Position numbers and translations under genes: made by a program. A stretch of 63,418 nt of DNA, counting the filler, from Choristocarpus tenellus KU-1152 (taxonomy: Eukaryota; Protista; Phaeophyceae), in NCBI GenBank assembly GCA_964200185.2. It is 9 parts of 9 records of this genome, joined end to end, with 100 filler letters (N's around TTAATTAATTAA, not from the genome) between each part and the next. Parts side by side here need not be neighbours in the genome. Positions count along the whole stretch, not along the records: positions 24,208 to 27,654 come from CAXNAD020019971.1; positions 27,755 to 30,746 come from CAXNAD020023083.1; positions 30,847 to 57,093 come from CAXNAD020000170.1; 6 more parts are not named here. One strand, written 5' to 3'. Positions within the stretch are counted from its first letter, which is position 1, and every line of letters starts with the position of its first letter. Under the pieces are notes generated by a model. That model was not told the DNA's origin, searched no databases, and worked only from the letters and a program-made list of their open reading frames with translations. Below, piece by piece: positions 25,604 to 37,100 of the stretch.

Positions 25604-25680
25604 GACCCATAGTATCCTAGAGGTGGGGGGGGGGGGGGGGGGGGGGGGGCGATTCGGGCCCGCTGTAGACCGGGTGAGAA
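25604..25680. mobile_element. MITE family C, left end (GACCCATAGTATCCTAGAGG-polyG)
   Basis: Matches the TIR of the complete copy at 51473-51747; broken by poly-G and a short gap. Confidence 0.6.
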
Positions 25681-26076
25681 AGTGTGGTGTGTGAGGAAAC
25701 GTGGTAATGTTGAGGCGAANNNNNNNGGGGGGTGGGGGGGGGGGGGGGGGGGGGGGGGAGGGGGGGTGGTTTTTTTTTTTTTTTTTTGTTTTTTTTTTTG
25801 GGTGTGGGGGGGGGGGGGGGGGGGGGGGGGGGGGTCCATTCCGGCCCTGTGTAGACCTGTAGAGATAATGTGTTATCTGAGTGAACGTGTCAAATGTAAG
25901 GGCAATTCATTTTATTTGAACACATCTTCCTTTTCCACCCAAGAAGAGGAAGTTGTAAAGGGGAGAACCCTTGCTCAAGTGAGAGATCAGGGAAGGCTGG
26001 GAGGTACGGTGACCCAAATTAGGATTGGATTGTGGTTGGAAGAAAACTAGCAGATTGTGGCAAGCTTGTTGCCCAT

Positions 26077-26330
26077 GAGCCAAAGTATCTTAGAGAGTAG
26101 AGCCACGTCCATTTGGGGGCCAAACTAATGTTGCGATTATGATGTAATTTTGGTTATCATATCAATTAAAAAGTGTCAATATCCTTGTTCTGGACACAAG
26201 TTTTCATAACGTATACATTTTACCTACTCCCAAACATTTTGGAGTAGGAAAATGTCATGAAAAAAACATGGGAAGCCAAGCCCCAAACGGACAAACAGGG
26301 AAAAATCCATACCCTCTAAGATACTTTCGC
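26077..26330. mobile_element. MITE family B copy
   Basis: GAGCCAAAGTATCTTAGAGAGTAG...TACCCTCTAAGATACTTTCGC; collinear with 58388-58648. Confidence 0.85.
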
Positions 26331-27540
26331 ATGGATGCCCAGAGGGAGATGACAGGATACATCAATACAGAGGAAAAGATATATTGGAGGGAGACGAATT
26401 CCACCTCACAAATGTTCTGGATGAGCTGAAAGATATGGATGAGATAGTGAGAGCAGTGGATGCCGTAGAGGGGGGAGCAGTTGAGGAGATTTACAGTAGT
26501 AGGAATATGAGGTTGAACTCTTGATGGAAGATGGCAACAATGACAATATCAAAGGTGACGAATCCGAGCCTGTTATGTAATAATGGATATCAAAAGACGA
26601 CCCAGAGTACATGAAGTATACTCAGAGTGGTCCCAAGTATTCTTATCTTAAAATGTTCTGAACTTCCAATCAAAACGAGTTGAGCCACCATAAACATATC
26701 CTATTGGTCCTGGTATATCAGCATTTCAATGAGGTAGATTTCACTTCACGAACAGGTGAAACAATCGTGTAAATATGAAAAAAGTAAAATTACCCCCCAA
26801 AATAGAAATGCTCCCCTTCTACAAATAATGCACTATATTGCATGTTGTATTGTGGATCGAAGGTGCTACTATAGCTTTGACCAATGCATTAGGATGTCAG
26901 CTTTCATTCCATATATATTTCATGCGATGAATCAACCTGTAGCAGATTTTACAGCGGTATCAATGCCTCCAGTCTACCTTGTGGGATTGAAGTATTCCCT
27001 CTGAATTTGGTCCAAAACGGAACGTATCATGGGTTCCACGCGGAGATAGGAAGGGAGAGAGATAAGGCAAGAGAGCAACCCTCAGAAAGTCACTCAATGA
27101 AGGAGTAAAAAAGGAAAGTGAGTGAGGGGGAGCTGTAGCTTTACCCAACAACCTGCTATTGACGTCATCACGAAGCAATGCTAGAGTCAAAGTAAGCAAG
27201 AGGAACCCAGGGTTGCATTCTAAGGATGCTGACAAATATGTGTAGGATATTTTCTCAATCCTGTAAAAAAAATACCAGACAATGGAGAAATGTACGCTCT
27301 CAAATCAATCTCTGTACTTAACCCATAGAAGTATGATGGATGAATCGCAGAAGATTTTAAAAGTGTGTTAGAACGCAAAACGTCAAAACCTGGGTACCTC
27401 TTGAGGTATACCTTCTAAAGGACGGAGCCTTTAAACGTACACCTTAATAAGAATATTCCAATCACACAAAACAAAAAAAAGATCATCGTAATCAAGAACA
27501 CTAGCAATAGTTATACTAGTATTATTAGAAAATAATACCA

Positions 27541-27602
27541 ATAGTAACAGTAACAGTAACGGAAACAATAACAATAATAGTAATAGTAATAGTAATAGTA
27601 AT
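27541..27602. repeat. (AATAGT/AACAGT)n simple repeat
   Basis: Direct observation. Confidence 0.8.
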
Positions 27603-27927
27603 GACCCAAAGTATCTGGGAGGGGAGGGGGGGTCTACACCAGGGTGTCCATTTGNNNNNNNNNNNNNNNNNNNNNNNNNNNNNNNNNNNNNNNNNNNNTT
27701 AATTAATTAANNNNNNNNNNNNNNNNNNNNNNNNNNNNNNNNNNNNNNNNNNNNAGTATCTGGAAGGGGGGAGGGGGTCTGCACCAGGGTGTCCATTTGG
27801 GTCATAACCAGGAAAAGTGCACTTACATTATCCATCCGACGTATGCAATCAAACAACCAAAAAATCGCAACATGAAAAAATTGGCTCCAAATGGACAGCC
27901 GCCACCCCCTCTAAGATACTTTGAGTT
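27603..27927. mobile_element. MITE family A sequence on both sides of a spacer (two partial copies)
   Basis: GACCCAAAGTATCTGGG...GTCTACACCAGGGTGTCCATTTG before the gap. The same segment restarts after the gap and ends AGATACTTTGAG. Confidence 0.8.
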
Positions 27928-28057
27928 AATTGTCAATGATGCCACACGTTTTTTCTGGATTCAACTACTCCAGAACAAAAACAATGCAGCCAAAGCCCTT
28001 GGACGATGGTTCAAGACTAAAGTGATTCCCAGTGGGCACTGCATTCGCTATATTTAA
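27927..28057 (+). mobile_element. Copia-type integrase fragment
   Basis: LIVNDATRFFWIQLLQNKNNAAKALGRWF...IRYI resembles the rve core around the first catalytic Asp (IVDD.TR..W...L..K..A). Confidence 0.6.
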
Positions 28058-28079
28058 CATGAACTTAAGTTTTCCCCTT

Positions 28080-29500
28080 TCTCTGCCAAGCCTCGTTCTA
28101 CCACTCACCCCCACCAATACAAGTCGTCCTTAAAGTCCTGACCTATCCTGATGATCTCTCTGTTTCCTTCCCTCACTCCGTCCCTCTGTTCCCTCTGACC
28201 TCCCCAACTCACTACCCTTCTCAACCAACCCCCCTTCTGGTGTAGCCCCGCCAGATACACCAGTCGCCAAAGAAAAAATCTCCCTACGCATATAAAATAC
28301 GACATGTGAAACAGATTTCCTAGCATCATCTATACACCTCTCACTCTGGCTATCGACCTCGATTCTGATCACTCTGCTAGCAATACCTTCAAGCCCTTCA
28401 ACTTCCTTTCTGGTAAAGAAATTGTCATTGTGTCAGTGTCTATCCTCCATCCCACTACTACCTGTATGGTATATGCCATCCTGTCAACTTCTTCGCTGAC
28501 AAGATGGGGGGTTCCTCTGTCTGTCTCTCGCCTAGCAGTTGTATGTGATCTGAAACTAAGGAGTTTGTTGCCGTCTTCAATCTTTTCCCATCCTCAAACC
28601 ATTGGGACTCTACTAGAATACTGTCATCAACATATATTCCTTGAAAAGAAAGGGTCCTCTACCACAACCCCTACCACTTCAGAGACTTTCCATGTCTCAT
28701 CTACAGCACTAACCTCCCTCCTACCTTTCTGCTGAGAATGCCTTACCCCTATAGCAATTTCTTCTGCTTCCTTGAGTACTACTGCCGATGGGGGGGAATG
28801 TGTGACAGTGAGAAAATTCTAGGGCACTTGCCATTAGGTCCCACCATACTGGGCTATTCTTCAAACCAAACTGGAGCCTAAAGTCAATCACTATCAGAGC
28901 TTCAACAAAATACCCAAACCTCGCTGCCCCCTTTGGTTCCATTGTGGTACCTGGAGGCTTGTTGGCCCCATAGAAAGCCCTTACCTTACACCTCGCTCCT
29001 TCTAGTTCTTCGATCACGTTCGCCATCCTCCACTTCCCCGGTGTCCACCCCTCCCCATACCTGCAGATTGTTTTCGCTGCTACCATGAAGCATTCAAATT
29101 ATCCGGTAGCTTATAATTCCCTTTATCATAAAGGATCGACAGGTTTTCAAGTTGCCCTGCCACTGCTTCAGTGACGTCGGCTTTTTCGTCGGCAATCTTT
29201 TGAAGTTCATCCCGTGTGGCTCTCTCGTCCCTTGCCTAAATAGACAGGGTGATGTACCCCAGGAGTACGAATATTTCCTCACGTTGACCCTCTTTCACAC
29301 TTGGATCAAGGATTTTTCGTTCATCCTTTCTGCCATAGTCACCACGGTCAACGATCCTTCCCCACTCATAGATCTACCTTCCCCTCCCATCCCTATGCTC
29401 AAGTCCAATCGTCCTGTTGTACTTGTCTGGTGTATCCCCTTCAAGACGTCCATCATGTTATCCATCCTTGCCGTTAATTAGCTACGTTTTTCGTCAGTTC
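28080..29500 (-). mobile_element. Degraded DIRS/Ngaro-like retrotransposon reverse transcriptase region
   Basis: Frame-broken RT motifs IDFRLQFGLKNSPVWWDLMASAL and VVGWRIDTDTMTISLPERKL...MMLGNLFHMSYFICVGRFFLWRL; multiple stops. Confidence 0.65.
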
Positions 29501-30048
29501 TTGGAATCGACTGGACTCACTTTCTGCCCTGTACGTTCCTCCTTCCTTCTCCTCCCCATCTCCATACTTCTCCTCCTTGCCCTCCACACTGATGCTCATC
29601 TCCCTCTAAGCTCTTTCTCAATCTCCTTCTGCATTCTCTGAGCCGCTAGTGCTTCCATCTCTTATTCGCCTTCCTTCCACCCTTTTTCTTCCCCCCATCC
29701 TTCAATCGTTTTTCTTTCTTCTTCACCCCTTTCCTTTCCTTTCCTTCCTATGAACTCTTCCCACATTGTCTTGTTCCCTTCCTTCGCTCTCTTTCCTCTT
29801 TTATCCATGCTATAATCCAAGAAAGCTTGCTCGGAGTTTATTTTATTCTAGCCCTCGTCGCCCTGTATCACCAGCCCTAGGTACTCGTTTCAATACTGGT
29901 CATTCCTTCTTTCCTTGTGCCTCCATCTACCACTCATTTCTTTTACTTCTCTCCTCCCTCTCCTAGCCACTCAGTATTTAACTCTTCGTTCAACCTCTTG
30001 AAAACTCTAATTTTTCTCCCAGTCCTCTCCCTTACCCTATTTTCCCCT

Positions 30049-30727
30049 CCAACCAGAATTCTTCCGCCCACAAAACACAATTTACTTCGTAAATTTCCCG
30101 TAGCAGCACACGTATATTGAAAAGATACGACACATATGTAAAACATAATGTAATAAATGCAAAATAAACTGCCTCGACAATGTCTGACCTCTATAGGACA
30201 AGGTGTCCACAGAAACATGATGTACTGGATGGATGAACGGAGAGGGTGACACACGACTACAAATTACAGAAGATTGTAGTCTGTCCGACGCTGTATCCTC
30301 CCTTCTATATTCCAGTAATGTGGGACTCGTCCAGAACCAGGACCTTGGCTCCGAGTCAAGCTCCGTACTGTGTCGCTGTTCAAGAAGCTGGATCTTTCGC
30401 ACCTCACCATACTCCCATCTTACCTCATAGGGGTAGCTGACGCGCTCCCCTCCTCACTCACACCATGTGTGGGGGATGGTATTGTGCAAATGACCATTTG
30501 TCAGTAGTGAAGATAAGAAGGTGTGAAGCCTCACTCGACCCCTATCGCTGAACGTGAAAAGAATGCATGGTTGAAATTAGAAGAGTGACCTTTGTGGGGT
30601 GTCTTCTCATTGTTTATTTATTAATATTTGTGCTCTCGCTATCTATTTCAAAGTAGCGAAAGGAAATAAATAATGTGAGAGTTTATGAAGTAAACTGAGT
30701 TTTGTGGGCGGGAGAATTCTGGTTGGC
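30049..30727. repeat. ~50-bp inverted repeat pair enclosing ~580 bp
   Basis: CAACCAGAATTCTTCCGCCCACAAAAC (from 30050) versus GTTTTGTGGGCGGGAGAATTCTGGTTG (from 30699); pairing extends inward via TTTACTTC/GAAGTAAA. Confidence 0.75.
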
Positions 30728-30846
30728 TGGGGGCACAGGACAAGAANNNNNNNNNNNNNNNNNNNNNNNNNNNNNNNNNNNNNNNNNNNNTTAATTAATT
30801 AANNNNNNNNNNNNNNNNNNNNNNNNNNNNNNNNNNNNNNNNNNNN

Positions 30847-30869
30847 CCCCCCCCCAGATACTTTGAGCC
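30847..30869. mobile_element. MITE family A terminus
   Basis: polyC-AGATACTTTGAGCC at the contig start. Confidence 0.7.
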
Positions 30870-31149
30870 TATTGCACCTCACAAAGTAAAGGCTATCTCC
30901 AAGAAATTGCTAGGCATACTCGTAGTCAAGAGGTGGTAAATATACTCAAATTTGCGAGGGGTGGCTCAATATATACAAACAAACACTACCCATGTAGCCT
31001 TTGCCTTGCTAGTTCTCATGAAATACAATACAAAGCAAGTCAGAATATTATATTGCATAGGACTACTACCTTATCTTTCCTCACATTGTGCTCAACAGTT
31101 CTCGTGGAAGCTTTAAAATGTCACAGGCCTTTTGTTTTCTAGTACTCGC

Positions 31150-34100
31150 CTGCTTCTCCAGCACTGGTGTGAGCATTGGGTCTATGTCCTCCTCCACTCC
31201 TGTGATTATGAGGGCCTTCCCTTCCATCAGACAGAACTCCAAGGTGTCACGAAGACGAGGATTGCTGAATGACATCAGACCAACTGCAGGGAGGTGGTCT
31301 TTTTCGTAGTTTCGGATCCAGTTAAGAGCTTGACCCTGAGGGTCGATCAGGAATGGATACCTTGAGCTCCGAGTAACCTGCAATATAACGGACAAAAGAA
31401 GTCATTCGGAAAAGAGTTTGCCTTTTGTATCACAGCACAACAGGAGTTACAAGTATGTTTGGAAACCACTGCTATCAAGCACGAATTTGAGTATGGAGGT
31501 ATTTCTTGGAATATTTTGTGACTTATAACTACCTTCTCTGTCTAGTTGACACGTTTTAACAGGCCAATTTTGGCTTGACACCAAGTCACCCCTGAGTTTT
31601 GAACTATAAATACGACTTTAACCGAAAGCTTCGCAGAGATGTCAGTAATAAACCTTAGGGAAATATGTAGCCTGTTATCGCTCCAAAAAAATAATGCATA
31701 GTTCAATAGAAAGGCATTCTTCAGAGCATCCTAATGCATGCAACGACATCACTTGTGACTTGATAGTTTCATTAGCACAGATATATGTACTCTCCAGCAT
31801 GCTGATGAACAATTTCGGATATAGGTTCAAACATTTTGTAGGTAGAAATTGCCATGGGTAAGTACAAGTATAATAGTTGGCTACAAGATGCATCACACTC
31901 ACCAGGATGCCGTTCTGTATGGACAATGGGTCTGTCGGCAGACCAACGAGGTTCCAGTCTCCTATTGTACCGACGTCAACAAGGAAGGATGTAAGGTCTA
32001 GTCCCTTTGTCAACGGAATTCCCCTTGTAGTCAGATCTTCTGAGAATCTGGGGTCAATTGTTAGTTCATCAAGTTAGGGAAAATGGCATAGATTGTCCGC
32101 CAAATGGATGTCTGGAACATGTCATCCGAATCTGAGAGTGGGTGCTTAATAGAGATTCTCTGTCAGCCCAAGTAGCCTATGTGTTATTTTGTCCACACTA
32201 TTTATAGGGCCTGATCCTGAGCAATATTGGTAATGACAGTGGATTGCGGGGGTTCAACCATAGGCAAGGCATTGGTGTGAATGATGACTCTGCTTACGGT
32301 GATTCCCAACAGTTGTACCATCACATCAAACGCATCTCTCTGATGGAACTAGATGGCATATTTCACATTTTATAGAAAGAAAAAGAGACCAAGCGATGCA
32401 ATCAATGTTTATATAAGGTTGTGTAGGGTAATCATAAAAGTAAGATCAATCTCACAACGAAGAATACAAAAATTGAGATAATGAAAAAGAACACAGCCCA
32501 TCAGCACAGGTGAGGTAGTACTCAAAGAAAAATAATTTACGACAGAATGGAATAATTTTGTTCTCCATTGCTGGTGCTTATTTTTTCGATTTGATGTTGT
32601 GACACATTTATCCCTGCAAGGGAAATCATGGCCGTTCTATGTTATGCTGATACGTTTTCACAAAGACATCGAGTGCTTCCAACCTTGCACCCATCTCAAA
32701 GCCATGAAGCCCAACCCTGCGTTAAGACTAATAGAGGAAGATCAACGATGAGGAGAAATGTTTCTGACAGGTGCAAAACGGAGAAAAAAAACTAGCACAC
32801 ACCAATTCTGTCCAAGATCAGGACACAGGGGATGGAGTGAGGGTTAATTCAGAATCTGCTCATTGTGTGTACTCACCCAATGGTAGCCACGAAATCATTC
32901 GATCTTTCCTTTTCAGGTCGACAGTGTGTTAATCAATTCTAGATTTCCATCTAGCACTGATGGGTGACTGAAATTCATTCCTTCAGCCTTCCAATAATAT
33001 TTATGTACTTATTCCCTGAAACACTTCAGTACTGGGGTAATGCCAAGAGCAAGAGGGTAGCGGACGTGTTCAACTTTTGAAGGTTTGATATAGCTATTTG
33101 CCTGTCCATTTCTCTAAATTTTTGTTTACGTATCTCTTACCTACACTCTTCATCTTTGCCAAGCCCTTGATAAGAAGAAGTGCTACAATGTGTTCGGACT
33201 AAACGTGATACTATGCCACAGGGCATGAAGAACCAGCTACTTACTGGCGCACTTCAACATGTACAGTGCTCTTTACTTGCTCCAGTGTATTCTGGCTCAA
33301 AGTATCTGGGGTGTGTGTGGCGGTTGTCCATTTGGGGTCAATTTTTTCATGTCGTGATTTTTGGGTGATTTGGTTGCAAATGTCGGATGGATAATGTAAA
33401 TACACTTTTCCTGATTTTGGTCCAAATGGACAACCTGGTGTAGACCCGCCCCCCCCCCCCCAGATGCTTTGGGTTTCTATAGATTGAGCTCAAAGGAATC
33501 AAAGTGTTGAACCTCTTCGGTCTTGCTCACCGGTTCTTGACAAGGTGCTCACGGAACTCCTGATTGAATGGACCGCAGTATCCTACAAAAGCGCAAGACA
33601 GAGCCACATCACCAACCAGTCGCCTCTTGGTCTCAGAAAACTTTTGGCTGTCTTCTGTCCAGCGCTGACGCTCTCCACCGAGACCGTCAATAAGTGCTGT
33701 TGCCTACAAGGGATCCGAAGCGTTGAGGTTTGAGATGATATTGGTCATGTGCCTGAGTCAAAGTATCTTAGAGGTAGAGTCACGTCCTTTTGGGGGCCAA
33801 AATCCAATGTTGCCATTTGAATGTAATATTGGCTAATGTGTTTGTTAGGAAGTGCCAATATCCTTTTGTTCCGAACACACCTTTTCATAACATGTACATT
33901 TTTCCCACTTTGAAACATTTTGGAGTAGGAAAATACCATAAGAAAACCCGTGGGAAGCCAAGCCCCAAATGACAACAAAATTCGTACCCTGTAAGATACA
34001 ATCACTCGCCTGGTGCTCAAAGTCATGTTGTGCGGTGAAATAGACATTCAGATGTATGAGGGGCATAGTGTTGTTGAACAATGGATATGCTTCTATATGT

Positions 34101-37100
34101 GTTGGCGATGCCCTGGAGCTTCTTTGATGTGAGAGTTTTGTTGATACTATAGCAGTCTGTAAATTCTACTGGCAAAGACTACATCACCAAAATATCCAGT
34201 AGTTCATGTAAATATGATGAAATATGATCAAGTGTGAAGTGTTCCTTAGCAACACAATGGCCTGCAGTGATAAGGTTATGTGACAAACTGCAAAAAAAAA
34301 TTGTCTTTTTGGTCACCTGCTGCATACGCTTGCGTGTTCTTGCAGCATTTTCCGATATTATCCGCTTCTTCCCCATTTGCGCCTCAAACTTTGCCTGAAG
34401 GCCAGATAGGACATCCTGAAGGAGAAGTCGGCCCATTCGGGGGTCATGACAGAATGAAAGTGTTTGGATGGCCACAGAGGCATAGCGTTGAAATGGATGG
34501 GCTTAAACCAGATGGCCGCAGTTTATCATGGCCAGATGTGGATAGGCTACGGATCATTCCAGCTGATCCAAAATCGATATCTAACCTGACATCCTTGAAG
34601 CTTAGACTCAGCGGCGCCTAGTTCTTGCTGGGCCTCCTCCAACTTTACTTCTGCCAAGCGCAGGGCTTCGAGCTTGGGCTTCACCACCTATTTAAAAACA
34701 CAAATTCCCGAAAGCTAAGCAATTGAGAAAGGAAATCATCACCAAACCACTCCCTTATCTTTGATAGTACAAGATGTTATATGAAGCTTGCACAACAAAA
34801 CGTTATGGTGATAGTGATGCGAGTAATTTAAAATCATCCAGAGGATCACCCAATAATGCACAGTCCTCCCCTCTCGCAGTTCCTAACAAGAGAGATGAAG
34901 AGGAGAACTATAAAATAGATTCCAGAAGAAAATTGGTGTCGAGAAGACACTTTGTTAAAATGTTTGAACTTTACCTGATGGATGTTACTCTAATAAAAAA
35001 TCATATGTAGTTCGAATGTTTGCAGCTGAGGAAAAAGGAATAATCTGAAGTACTGAGTGCTTGCAGACATAGCATGCCTTAGAAGCCTCATGGTAGTACG
35101 TCATGGCCCGGCACCACGTGCACAGCCCTTCTGCTGCCTTTGATGCATTGCGTGCAACTGCTGGATTGAACCCTTCTAGCTCAAGGTAGGGCGCCATGAG
35201 TTCAACAGTCTCGTCATTGATGAAGTCCTTTTCATTTTGAGAGAAATTAAAGATGTTCTGCAAGAATCGTGCATCTGAGAGCATCCCTGCCTGCATATGC
35301 TTGTAGGAGTCCTGAATGGAATCGATAGGAATACAAGGCTGAGGTTGGCAAATGTTGCAATACTCTTCCAATAGAAGAAGTTCTTCTCAACATCAAAATT
35401 GAGTATGCAAGCTGATGTACTCCTGTCTGAACAGATCCCTCTTCCCTTCCTCGGACTCTTTCTCTCCTGACCTTGAGGAAGGAGATAGTTTTTTTCTCTT
35501 TTCCAATGCCAATGGTGATCTCGTTGATCGTCACTGGCTGCAACCTTTCCATCACTAGAAGACCAACACAGTCAAAGATGAGCTTGATGATATCTGAAGG
35601 CTTCTGTAGCTTCTTCAGCTCATTCAGATCATTTGCCTGTAGTCGGGAGCTCTATGACATTGGTGTGTTGTATTGAAGCTGGAGTAGAGTTAGTAAGCTA
35701 ACAGTATGAAGTACAAGTCGTGGGTGTGGTAGAAAGTACAATGTATGTTCAATACCTCAGGGAAATCAAGAGCACTGCTACACAGTTCAAAGTAATCCCT
35801 ACACTTTAAACTATGTCTTGTAGCCGCTCAGGTGAGTTTGCCCATTAGACCTTGCTAACTCCTCAAACTTGGCGTCACCTCCAAAACGATTTGTTGTTCC
35901 ATAATCCATGATGACAAGTCGCAATGCCATTTTTTCTTGGAGACCATTGCATTTGACTTTCATGGCTCCACACAGTACATTTGTGTTGCAGTTCATATAC
36001 ATACTGCAATACACAGTGATGCAACTGAAGTCCCTTGCCTCCCCACCCCATGATGATATAGTGGGTGGGCAGCAAAGAAACTGGACTATTCCTTGCCATA
36101 CCTTTATTGATTCCACAGCCCTCTCGGCCTCCTCAAGGAAGGGCTTGGCCTTAGCTAGGTCTTCCTCAGCGTCACCCTTCTCACCCTCAATTCGGGCAGC
36201 ATCTGCTTCACAGGCCACCTTAATTTTTGCCACGGCATCTGCCTCCTTTTTTGCCGCCATGGAACTTACCTGAGGAAACCATGGTGAAGAAGTCTTGTTT
36301 CATTGATTACTGTTGCCCACCTGTCCGCGAAATACTATAAGATTTGTGTTTGGTAGTTTCATAAGAACGGTAGTACTTCTACCTGCATATTCTTTGGTCA
36401 AGATTCGTCTTCCTGTAACAGCACATGAGAAGAGGAGGGGTCACCCTGAAGAACAAAAATTGTGTCACCTCCAGTTTACTGAGCATAGCAGAGGTGTCGG
36501 CATCAGCTTCCCATAACTTGATCTCTTCTTCCTTGAGCTGGACCTGATGGGATTTAATAACATTGTGAGAGGCAAAGGTAATGTGATTTACCATGTACAA
36601 GCTTCCTCTGGTGTTCATGTCACAATATGAACAGATATTTTGGCAGTGCAAATTGAGTTCAGCCATTGTACCGGCCTTGTCAACTGGTGACAGAGAATAA
36701 TATAAAACAGAATGAGATATTTCACACCTTCATCAGCTCAACATCTGCGGCCCCCTTCTTGAGCTTGTCCAGGCCTACCATAACCCGTTTCCCCTTCACA
36801 TCGACTTCTTCTTTCTTTGTCAGGTACAAATCCTATGAGAGGTGAAATGTCATCCCCAGTTTCAATGAAAGGGATGGCGGAGATTGGGATTGAAGTATAT
36901 CTCTGCCAGAAGAGAGGTAGTGCGCAAGCAAGATGTGAACACTCAGCAGCCAACATATAGCTCAATTTGGATAAATTGCACCAATTCTCCACTGTATGCC
37001 TTGCTGAATCTGGGAGTTGCCATTAGGAAGGTTATGACTGCAAAAGCTATTGACGGAATTCTGACATATGCTCAAAATTCTGTGAATGTTTTCTTGCATA

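Noticed and set aside
25531-26050. Poly-Pro / poly-Gly ORFs
   Set aside because: Translations of homopolymer runs and Ns.
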